Positions 18,127 to 26,622 of a stretch of DNA of 32,000 bases are shown piece by piece (within the stretch, counting starts at the first letter, position 1; the number at the start of each line of letters is the position of its first letter). The stretch covers positions 960,001 to 992,000 of the forward strand of contig NZ_CP013213.1 of the NCBI RefSeq assembly GCF_001545095.1, in the 5' to 3' direction. Source of the DNA: Erysipelothrix larvae (GTDB taxonomy: Bacteria; Bacillota_I; Bacilli_A; Erysipelotrichales; Erysipelotrichaceae). The notes beneath the pieces were generated by a model that had not been told where the DNA came from, ran no database searches, and was given only the letters and a program-made list of their open reading frames with translations. The position numbers and the translations under genes were made by a program.

Positions 18127-19086
18127 ATGAAACGATATAACGTAGGAATTGTTGGTGCGACTGGACTTGTTGGTCGAAAAATCTTAGAAATCTTGGTCGA
18201 ACGAGATTTTCCAATTCAGAATCTATTCTTATTTGCATCGTCTCGATCTCACGGTAAAGTGATTACCTGTGGCCCTTATAGTGTGAGTGTTGAAGGGCTT
18301 AATGACGATTCATTCAAAGATAAACATTTGGACTTTGTACTTTTTTCTGCAGGAAAAGAGGCATCACATCACTATGCACCACTTGCAGCGGAAGCAGGAG
18401 CAATTGTTGTTGATAACAGTTCATGTTGGCGCATGGATCCAGATGTTCCCTTAGTCGTAGCAGAGGTGAATCCTGAAGATGCATTTAAGCATCAGGGAAT
18501 CATTGCGAATCCAAATTGCTCTACAATTCAATCAGTACTTCCACTGAAAGGAATTCTTGATAAGTATGGATTGGATCGTGTAAGTTACACCACTTATCAA
18601 GCAGTCTCTGGGGCAGGTATCAAAGGGATTGAAGATTTAAAAGAACAAAAACAAGCGCATTTTCCACATCATATTCACAAGAATATCCTGCCTCATATCG
18701 ATGCTTTTGATGAGGATGGATATACCTTTGAAGAGAAAAAGATGATTGAAGAGACACGCAAAATATTGCATTTACCAAACTTAAAAGTAACAGCAACAAC
18801 AGTGCGCGTTCCAATTGAGAATACACATGCAATTGCAATTAATGCTTCTTTATCAAAACCATTTGAACTCAATGAGCTCGAGACTGTATTAGAAGCTTAC
18901 CAAGGACTTCAAATTATCAAACCTTACCCGACATCAGAAATGGCCGATGGTCAAGATGATGTCTTAATTGGACGTATTCGAAAAGATCCAACATTACCGA
19001 ATAGTGTTCATATTTGGTGTGTTGCTGACAACATACGAAAGGGTGCTGCAACCAATACAGTTCAGATTGCAGAGTTATTTCTGTAA
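18127..19086 (+). CDS. asd: Aspartate-semialdehyde dehydrogenase
   Basis: GIVGATGLVGR, active-site IANPNCSTIQ, YQAVSGAG, IRKGAA. Confidence 0.93.
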   Translation: MKRYNVGIVGATGLVGRKILEILVERDFPIQNLFLFASSRSHGKVITCGPYSVSVEGLNDDSFKDKHLDFVLFSAGKEASHHYAPLAAEAGAIVVDNSSCWRMDPDVPLVVAEVNPEDAFKHQGIIANPNCSTIQSVLPLKGILDKYGLDRVSYTTYQAVSGAGIKGIEDLKEQKQAHFPHHIHKNILPHIDAFDEDGYTFEEKKMIEETRKILHLPNLKVTATTVRVPIENTHAIAINASLSKPFELNELETVLEAYQGLQIIKPYPTSEMADGQDDVLIGRIRKDPTLPNSVHIWCVADNIRKGAATNTVQIAELFL

Positions 19087-19325
19087 TCATCGTTTAAATT
19101 TGTTTAAATCTGAGTCCATGTGACATCAATATGAACCAAAGATGGAAAACAAGTAGTTTTTTAGTGGCCAGATGCGAAGTTTATGTGGTTTCATTTATAC
19201 ATATTGAACTTTTATATATGCGAATTTCAGCATTATTGCAAAATAAATTTTATAAGTTAATTACTTTCAAAAATAAAAATATCGTGTTTTATTTACTTAA
19301 ATGCACAAAATTAGTATATAAATAT

Positions 19326-19358
19326 AAAAATATCGTAAATTTTGCGATATTTTTTTTG
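19326..19358. terminator. AT-rich hairpin plus T-run in the non-coding region (possible distal terminator)
   Basis: aaaaatatcg (19326-19335) pairs with cgatattttt (19345-19354), and the T-run extends to 19357. The stem is weak and all-AT-rich, and is symmetric with the preceding A-run. Confidence 0.35.
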
Positions 19359-19977
19359 ATTTGATATTGAAATGATGTATATCTGAACATTCTATATATT
19401 TATTGTTGATTTGCCAAAATAATAGATTAATTTTTATTTTGTATTATTGATATACTTATATTACTAGGGGTGTAAAGGGCGAAATATTTGAATTTAATTA
19501 ACAGAGTTATGAATGAAATTATTAGAGTAGTTCTAAGAAAATTCTCGATTCATTTAAGCTGAGTTATTCATTCAAATATGAGATTTTTACATACTTAGAT
19601 ATTTGTGATATCTATACAAATGCAATGGTATCTTGAGTCACTTATGAATATGGTTCATGAGAGGTAATAAATATCGAAGCATAAGAATTTAGTTGTGTCC
19701 TAAAAAACTGATCTTCCATCTTGTAAAGTTCAAGAAAAATTTACAATTGTATAGTGTAACAATATATTTGGTGCGAATCTCAATTTGTCGATTATTGAGA
19801 CTCAAGATTACACAATTATGTGTAAATGCATATGATGAATTATGTTCGGTCATCGCAGACTTAATATGGCGAACATAGTTGTTTATCCGGGGGGATATGA
19901 ATTATACCCTTACTTAATGGCCCGTGCCAATAAAGTAACAATCGATCGAAGAATTTGTAGAATTCATAGGAGGCAAC

Positions 19978-20247
19978 ATGGATTTAAAGAAGCTCAATTA
20001 TTTTGTAGCATTGGTAGAAGAAGGTAACTTCACACGTGCAGCTCGCTCGCTATCAGTGACACAACCAGCACTTAGCTGGAATGTTAAATATTTAGAAGAT
20101 GTACTCAGCACTCAACTCGTAAAACGTTCTACTAACGGAATTGAGATTACGAAAGCAGGAGAAATGCTTTATAATGGAGCAAAGGAACTCTTGCAAGAAG
20201 CTGACGAGTTAAAAAAATCTGTAAGCAAAGTGGGCTTGCAGAAATAG
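19978..20247 (+). pseudogene. LysR-family regulator reduced to the N-terminal HTH and linker helix (89 codons)
   Basis: MDLKKLNYFVALVEEGNFTRAARSLSVTQPALSWNVKYLE... is a canonical LysR HTH_1 domain, but the ORF stops where the effector domain should begin. No continuation appears in any frame of 20248-20405. Strong RBS AGGAGG is retained. Confidence 0.55.
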
Positions 20248-20405
20248 TTTGAAAACGAATAATTATTTGCACGGAGTCAAGCATACATCGTTATGCAAAA
20301 TTATAATCTGCAAATAAACCAATATGGTTTATAGAAAACTTAACCGATAGGCAACATGCTTAAAGGTTGAGTTTTTTTCATGAATAAAGACGTGTATTCA
20401 CAGTA

Positions 20406-21314
20406 TTATTTATAATTCGCAAGTCTTAAAAAGGTATCCTCACACATGATCTCAACAGATTTTCCTTGTTCAATCAATTGCTCTGCGCGTCTATGTTTGT
20501 TTGACTTGCCTCCATTGGTATCATTTTGGTATCGTGAGGTACCTAATATTAATATACCAGTACGTTTTGTTACACCATACTGAATGTTTGCGCCTAACTT
20601 AACCAAAATTTGAGATGCAGCATTGCGTGTAAACCCATCAAGCTTACCGGTAAAAACAACATTTTTGTTGAGAAAATAATTATCTGAATTGACACTTTCT
20701 GACGAAGCGTCTAGATTTGAAGGTGCAATTACATGCTTGGTTAAAAGTGGTATTCCAAGGTTTCTAAGGGTTGAATACATCTCTTGAATTATGACGACAT
20801 TATCTATGGGGTGGTGGGTTTGAACTGGAAAAACAAGGGACCGCATCGGAGTATCAAGTTGATGGTTTTCGATGATTGTCATTAAATATCGAGATAATCG
20901 ATGAATGTCTACATAATCGTTGATTAAGGGCTGATGAAATACTTGAGTACAAGCATCGTATAGGAAGTTAATCGTTCTATTTGCTTGATTGGTAATAAGG
21001 ATATCCTTATCAATAAAATCAAGAAATAGAGGAAAAACTTGTGAAAGAGACGGTGATTTACTGACGCACTCATTGGTAATTCCTGTAAGATCTTCGATAT
21101 AGGAAGAAATAGGTGAGGTTGGCTTAATATGATAATGAAAGGAATCAACGCATTGATGATTCCGATATTTTTTTGATGCAATCTCAATGATTTCACCCTG
21201 ACCATAGTCAAAATCTGTCGTTTCAATTGCGACGACGCAATATGCATCATAAAAGCTTAATAAACTTTTTCCTTTAGAGGTTCGATTTGAAGTTCTTTGC
21301 GTCAATTGGGTCAT
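20406..21314 (-). CDS. DnaQ-like (DEDD) exonuclease-fold protein with C-terminal BRCT domain; catalytic residues appear degenerate
   Basis: Exonuclease-like N-terminal domain (VVAIETT..., EIIEIAS, LTGITNECV) and BRCT-like C-terminus (VVFTGKLDGFTRNAASQILVKLGANIQYGVTKRTGILILG). The ATG at 21314 follows AAAGGA. The ORF-track GTG at 21359 has no RBS. Confidence 0.7.
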   Translation of the reverse strand: MTQLTQRTSNRTSKGKSLLSFYDAYCVVAIETTDFDYGQGEIIEIASKKYRNHQCVDSFHYHIKPTSPISSYIEDLTGITNECVSKSPSLSQVFPLFLDFIDKDILITNQANRTINFLYDACTQVFHQPLINDYVDIHRLSRYLMTIIENHQLDTPMRSLVFPVQTHHPIDNVVIIQEMYSTLRNLGIPLLTKHVIAPSNLDASSESVNSDNYFLNKNVVFTGKLDGFTRNAASQILVKLGANIQYGVTKRTGILILGTSRYQNDTNGGKSNKHRRAEQLIEQGKSVEIMCEDTFLRLANYK

Positions 21315-21745
21315 TGTGTCGTCCTTTCTGCGTATAGATAATATATCACTATGATTCACTCATGAATAGTATAAATATTTTAGCATAGCTTCCTTTGATG
21401 CTCTTATGGATCAATTGGTTGAACAGGCAAACTAAAAATGATATCGATTATATTATCGAATATTATAGAGAAAGTATAGGAAAAAATCAGTCGATTTTTT
21501 GTCTTGTGGGATGAGCGTTGTTCTTTGTTTCCACAACAGATAAAGTACGATCAAGGGTTAATGGGATTCGTCCAGATCCCATGTCTAGCTTTATACTACA
21601 ATAAGGCGGATAGAAACTTTACTGGAAGTGGTGATAATATCGTTGAAATTATTTGAGCCTTGTAATCCTTAACTGTTATCTTTTTATGCATCAAACACAA
21701 AACAATTTGTATGTGTTTTGTATGTTCAATAATAAAATAGAACAT

Positions 21746-21770
21746 AAAAAAACCTACTAAATAGTAGGCC
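21746..21770 (-). terminator. Rho-independent terminator after tRNA-Trp
   Basis: On the minus strand, cctact / agtagg stem followed by ttttttt. Confidence 0.7.
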
Positions 21771-21781
21771 TGTGTGTATAT

Positions 21782-21855
21782 TGGCAGGGGTAGCAGGACT
21801 CGAACCCACACTAACGGTGTTGGAGACCGTTGCTCTACCATTGAACTATACCCCT
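21782..21855 (-). tRNA. tRNA-Trp (anticodon CCA), CCA end encoded
   Basis: The hand-folded 74-nt cloverleaf has acceptor AGGGGTA/TACCCCT and anticodon stem ACGGT/ACCGT. The loop is CTCCAAC and the T-loop is TTCGAGT. Confidence 0.9.
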
Positions 21856-21873
21856 GTTTGATAACGCTCATAA

Positions 21874-22447
<574 letters not shown>

Positions 22448-22476
22448 TAAGTAAAGGTGCCAGGAGGGGTTACTTG

Positions 22477-24456
22477 ATGAGAATCGGATTATTTTCTGAT
22501 ACCTATGTACCAGATATAAATGGTGTTGCTTCTTCGGTCGCAACACTTCAACATGCACTTGAGGAAGCAGGGCATACTGTATTTGTCATTACGACACAGT
22601 CCACGCTTATGTCCGCAACACTTGAAGATAATGTGTTACGCTTGCCAGGGGTAGAATTAAAATTTTTATATGGATATACGATGAGTTCCCCCGTTCATAT
22701 CAGTGCCATGAGAGCAATTGAGGAAATGAACCTTGATATTATTCATGCACATACGGAATTTGGGATTGGTATTTTTGCGCGCCAATGTGCACGGTCATTA
22801 TATATACCACTTGTGATTACATACCATACACAATACGAAGACTATACACATTATGTGAACTTTTTGGGTCTTAAGAGCATTGATACTGTATCCAAAAAGG
22901 CCGTAGCTGCTTTGAGACGTTTCTATTCAAAAAATGTTCAAGCTGTAATTGTTCCTTCGCAAAAAACAAAGGATCTTTTGATGAATTATGATATAAGAAA
23001 AAAGATTGCGGTAATTCCAAGTGGATTAAATTTGAAGAGTTTTAAAGAAGTTCAAACAGAAGAAGTCGCATCAATTCGACAAGAGTTGGATTTGAATGAT
23101 AAGTTCACAATTGTTTACTTAGGAAGAATTGCGGAAGAAAAAAGTCTTGAATTGGTCATTGATGCTGTATCAAAACTTATGGATGAAAAAGAAAATGTAC
23201 GGATGATCATCGCTGGGGATGGCCCATCAGTAGATGATCTCAAGAATCAAGTAAGCGACTTAGGTAAACAGGATAAGTTTTATTTCGTTGGTTCTGTTAT
23301 GCGAGATCGTGTTCCAGCATATTATCATGCGAGTGATGCCTTTGTTTCCGCATCGCTCACTGAGACTCAAGGGTTAACCTTTATTGAGGCACTTGCGAGT
23401 GGCTTATGTGTATTTGCACGACCTGATAGAGCCTTGGACGATTTAATTATTGAAGGTGAAACGGGATATCTGTTTAGTGATATCGACGCGTTTGTTGAAA
23501 AAGCAGTCATGTATATTGATAATTATGAAACGTTAAAAGATCAATTCCAAGCCAAAGCACAAGAAATTGTGAGTGGTCTAAGCAGTGAAACCTTTGCGAA
23601 AAACATTCTTGATTGCTATCAAGAGGCCATTGATTCGTATCATGGCAAATATGAAATTGAATACCTTGATCAGGACGAAGAACGAACCTATATTGATATA
23701 AAACAAGGGTTTGAACACGATAAACTAGTTTTTGATACAGAACTAATTCAACGAAGGGGATTGAGTGTTGGAATGAAGCTATCTCGAAACGAAATTAACT
23801 CACTTGAAGAAGATCAAAAAATATATGAAGCGTATCAAGCAGTGTTGAAACGCATTGCAATTCGTGATTACACAAGTTTTGAAATTTCTGATTTCTTAAG
23901 AACACGTCATGAAATGAATGAAGAACAAGTCGAAACAATTCTTGAAATATTGAAGAAACGACGCTTCATTAATGACGACCGATACTTTAAAGATAAAATT
24001 GATTACCATCGTGATCAGTTACGTGGAAATGAATGGATTATTGAAGATTTAAGCCGAAGAGGCTTCTCAAAAATCGATATTGAAAACACCTTATTAGATG
24101 AAGACCATGAAATTTATGTAGAGCGGGGACTTAAACGCGCAATAAATTATAGTGGTTCGATTAAGGAAGGTTCGCGTTTACAGCGTAATTCAAAGGTAAG
24201 GCAACATTTGTTGCGACAAGGATTCGAAGTCTCGGTAATACGAGAAATCATGAGTCAACTTGAAGATGATTATACCCACGATGCAGAACGCGCTTCTTTG
24301 ATGCGAATCATGTCAAAAGCATTTATTCGTTATCTTAGAAAAGATGATGAGCAACTTGCTCGAACAAAAACCATTAATTACGGGATTTCAAAAGGATATC
24401 CTGTAGACATGGTTAAAGATGTTATGGAGGAATTAGATGACGACTCAGAAGATTAA
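22477..24456 (+). CDS. Fusion protein: GT4-family (glycolipid-synthase-like) glycosyltransferase with a full-length RecX-family domain
   Basis: One uninterrupted ORF. Residues 1 to about 390 are GT4 (MRIGLFSDTYVPDINGVASSV, ETQGLTFIEALASG). Residues from about 392 to the end are collinear with long Firmicute RecX (YIDIKQG..., RDYTSFEISDFL, NDDRYFKD, LLRQGFEVSVI). ATG at 22477 is 9 nt after AGGAGG. Confidence 0.8.
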   Translation: MRIGLFSDTYVPDINGVASSVATLQHALEEAGHTVFVITTQSTLMSATLEDNVLRLPGVELKFLYGYTMSSPVHISAMRAIEEMNLDIIHAHTEFGIGIFARQCARSLYIPLVITYHTQYEDYTHYVNFLGLKSIDTVSKKAVAALRRFYSKNVQAVIVPSQKTKDLLMNYDIRKKIAVIPSGLNLKSFKEVQTEEVASIRQELDLNDKFTIVYLGRIAEEKSLELVIDAVSKLMDEKENVRMIIAGDGPSVDDLKNQVSDLGKQDKFYFVGSVMRDRVPAYYHASDAFVSASLTETQGLTFIEALASGLCVFARPDRALDDLIIEGETGYLFSDIDAFVEKAVMYIDNYETLKDQFQAKAQEIVSGLSSETFAKNILDCYQEAIDSYHGKYEIEYLDQDEERTYIDIKQGFEHDKLVFDTELIQRRGLSVGMKLSRNEINSLEEDQKIYEAYQAVLKRIAIRDYTSFEISDFLRTRHEMNEEQVETILEILKKRRFINDDRYFKDKIDYHRDQLRGNEWIIEDLSRRGFSKIDIENTLLDEDHEIYVERGLKRAINYSGSIKEGSRLQRNSKVRQHLLRQGFEVSVIREIMSQLEDDYTHDAERASLMRIMSKAFIRYLRKDDEQLARTKTINYGISKGYPVDMVKDVMEELDDDSED

Positions 24457-25378
24457 TACATTAGAAAATGGCATGAAGACTACATTGCCAATGCTTGTAA
24501 CAAACGTACTTCGTGGTGTTACACAAAATGGTGCACCATACTTAACGATTTCATTTCAAGACAATACAGGATCCATTGAAGGAAAATGGTGGGATGTGAA
24601 ACCCTTTGATGAGGCCAATGTGAAACAAGGTAAGATTGGAATGGTAAAAGTTGATGCGATTCTATATAAAGGAGCGCTACAATTAAGAGTACACAATATT
24701 GATTTTAGCGAATCATACAATGTCAATGATTTTGTGCTAGGATCACAGTATGAACCCGAGTTTTTGAAAAAGGAAATTGAAGGGTTCAAGAATATGATTG
24801 AGAATTCAGTGTACCGTTCAATAGTCGATAAGTGTTTTGATTTCTATGGTGAAGATTTCTATCTTTACCCTGCAGCAACCAAGAATCATCATGATTTTGT
24901 AGGAGGTCTTGCTACCCATGTATATGGGATGTGTCTACTTGCTGTAGATTTATGCAAACTTTACCCAATTTTAGATTTGGATTTACTCCTAGCAGGTGTA
25001 CTGCTTCATGATATGGGGAAAATTGAAGAATACTCCGCACCGATTTTAAGCGAGTACACACCCCAAGGTAAACTGCTGGGGCATATATCGATTATGCAGG
25101 CTAAAGTTTATGAAGTGACCTGTGAACTTGGAGTTCGTGATACAGAAGAAGCCATGCTGTTAAGACATTTAATCTTAAGCCATCATGGTCAGTATGAATA
25201 TGGTTCACCAGTATTACCGCTTGTAAAAGAAGCAGAAATATTAAACTTCATTGATAACATTGATGCACGCATGAATATGTTTGATAAGATCTACAAAGAT
25301 CTTGAAGAAGGAACCTTCGCACCCCGTGCTTTCCCATTAGAAAATAGAACGTTCTATAAAGGAAAAGGCGTGAAGTAA
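24437..25378 (+). CDS. yhaM: 3'-5' exoribonuclease YhaM (OB-fold plus HD domain)
   Basis: N-terminal OB fold (QNGAPYLTISFQDNTGSIEGKWWD) and HD domain (GGLATHV..., LHDMGK, SHHG). Overlaps the upstream ORF by 20 nt; GGAGG RBS. Confidence 0.85.
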   Translation: MTTQKINTLENGMKTTLPMLVTNVLRGVTQNGAPYLTISFQDNTGSIEGKWWDVKPFDEANVKQGKIGMVKVDAILYKGALQLRVHNIDFSESYNVNDFVLGSQYEPEFLKKEIEGFKNMIENSVYRSIVDKCFDFYGEDFYLYPAATKNHHDFVGGLATHVYGMCLLAVDLCKLYPILDLDLLLAGVLLHDMGKIEEYSAPILSEYTPQGKLLGHISIMQAKVYEVTCELGVRDTEEAMLLRHLILSHHGQYEYGSPVLPLVKEAEILNFIDNIDARMNMFDKIYKDLEEGTFAPRAFPLENRTFYKGKGVK

Positions 25379-25475
25379 TTACGACGTTTGAATTGGTGAA
25401 GAAACATCAAAAAAAACTGGTAGGTAAAGTGTTATGTGCTAAAGCTACCAGTAAAGAATGTCGATAAAAAGTAAA

Positions 25476-25503
25476 AGGTGTCAAGTAATATTACTTGACA
25501 CCT
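25476..25503. repeat. Perfect 28-bp palindrome between yhaM and rpsP
   Basis: aggtgtcaagtaat|attacttgacacct. All 14 pairs were checked base by base. The 3' arm contains the rpsP -35 hexamer. Confidence 0.9.
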
Positions 25504-25522
25504 ATTCAATATATGATATACT
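25495..25522 (+). promoter_or_regulatory. Promoter of the rpsP-KH-rimM-trmD operon
   Basis: TTGACA (25495-25500), a 16-nt spacer, then TGaTATACT (extended -10; hexamer 25517-25522). Confidence 0.65.
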
Positions 25523-25555
25523 TAGTGAGGTTAAGTTAGATTAGGAGGAAAAATT

Positions 25556-25828
25556 ATGGCAGTAAAACTACGTTTAAGAAGATCAGGTTCTAAAAAGCGT
25601 CCATTCTACCGTATTGTTGCAGCAGATTCTCGTGCACCACGTGATGGTCGTTTCATTGAAATTATTGGTCATTACAATCCTTTAACTGTTCCAGCTGAAG
25701 TAAAAGTTGATGAAGAGTTAGCATTGAAATGGTTACGTGAAGGTGCTCAACCATCCGATACAGTGCGTAATATTTTATCTAAAGCAGGTATCATGACACG
25801 TTTCCACGAAGAAAAGGCGAAGAAATAA
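25556..25828 (+). CDS. rpsP: 30S ribosomal protein S16
   Basis: [35 protein letters not shown] is the canonical S16 sequence. Confidence 0.95.
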   Translation: MAVKLRLRRSGSKKRPFYRIVAADSRAPRDGRFIEIIGHYNPLTVPAEVKVDEELALKWLREGAQPSDTVRNILSKAGIMTRFHEEKAKK

Positions 25829-25830
25829 CT

Positions 25831-26091
25831 ATGAGACCAATCGAAGATATTTTATATGATTTAGTACTTCCAATGGTCGAAAAGAAAGACCAGCTGAATG
25901 TTCAACGTTTACCAAGTCTTGATGATAAAGAAGTTATATTAACTGTTTATGCTGAAAGCTCAGATGTTGCACGTCTAATTGGTCGCCAGGGAAGCATGGC
26001 TCACGCAATTCGTCAAACGATGACAATTGGCTCACGTGTTATGGATCAACGTATCTCGATTAATTTTGAGTCGTATGAGGATGTTTCTTAA
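25831..26091 (+). CDS. KH-domain RNA-binding protein (YlqC family)
   Basis: Conserved position after rpsP, with the GxxG-type motif LIGRQGSMAHAIR. Confidence 0.8.
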   Translation: MRPIEDILYDLVLPMVEKKDQLNVQRLPSLDDKEVILTVYAESSDVARLIGRQGSMAHAIRQTMTIGSRVMDQRISINFESYEDVS

Positions 26092-26118
26092 CATCCTTTT
26101 TTAATATATGAGGTGCTT

Positions 26119-26622
26119 ATGAAAGTAAAAATAGGAGTCGTTGCGAAACCTTTTGGTATTCGTGGTGAAATTAAAGTTAAACCTATGACTGATTTTGCGA
26201 AAGAGCGATTCAGTGTGGGATCAAAAATGGAATTAGTCACAAAAAACGCTCGTAAGGTTGTTGAAATTCAATCCGTTCGTAATCATCAAGATAACTTACT
26301 CATTCGTCTTGTAGGGTATGATACCTTGAATGATGTGGAAGGTCTTCAATTATCATCACTTGAAGTCGAACGTGATGATTTACACGATCTGGAAGAGGAT
26401 GAGTACTATTTTGTCGATCTTGTCGGGTGTAATGCCTACATTGATAATCAAGAAATCGGATCAGTGATTGAAGTTATGGACATGCCAGCCCAACCACTGC
26501 TTCGAATTAAACGTTTAGATAACGGCGAGATTTTGATGGTGCCTTTTGTTGAAGTCTTTATTAAAGATGTAAATCTTGATGAAAAACGCATCGATATTAA
26601 TCCAATGGATGGTTTATTATGA
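26119..26622 (+). CDS. rimM: Ribosome maturation factor RimM
   Basis: KIGVVAKPFGIRGEIKV and a PRC-barrel C-terminus. The ATG at 26119 follows GAGGTG. Confidence 0.9.
   Translation: MKVKIGVVAKPFGIRGEIKVKPMTDFAKERFSVGSKMELVTKNARKVVEIQSVRNHQDNLLIRLVGYDTLNDVEGLQLSSLEVERDDLHDLEEDEYYFVDLVGCNAYIDNQEIGSVIEVMDMPAQPLLRIKRLDNGEILMVPFVEVFIKDVNLDEKRIDINPMDGLL

Noticed and set aside
19131-20027. ORFs 19131..19364, 19693..19878 and 19842..20027 in the AT-rich spacer
   Set aside because: Their composition is low-complexity and AT-driven (runs of I/K/F/Y/N) and they have no RBS. The last one overlaps the genuine LysR start out of frame.
19281-21650. Recurring ATATCG/CGATAT hexamers (about 19281, 19330/19345, 19672, 21452/21467, 21637) as a shared regulator motif
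   Set aside because: The motif is short and AT-rich within AT-rich DNA, so chance recurrence is likely. I cannot assess enrichment without counting it genome-wide.
19087-21781. tRNA-Trp-associated integrated mobile element or genomic island
   Set aside because: The islet lies on the 3' side of the tRNA, as expected for an integrative element. However, I see no integrase, recombinase or transposase ORF and no repeat of the tRNA 3' end (att-like). At most it is a decayed remnant.
25417-25451. Hairpin ctggtag-N21-ctaccag after yhaM as a terminator
   Set aside because: It has only a 7-bp stem, a 21-nt loop and no downstream T-run. The adjacent A-run is on the wrong side for the plus strand.
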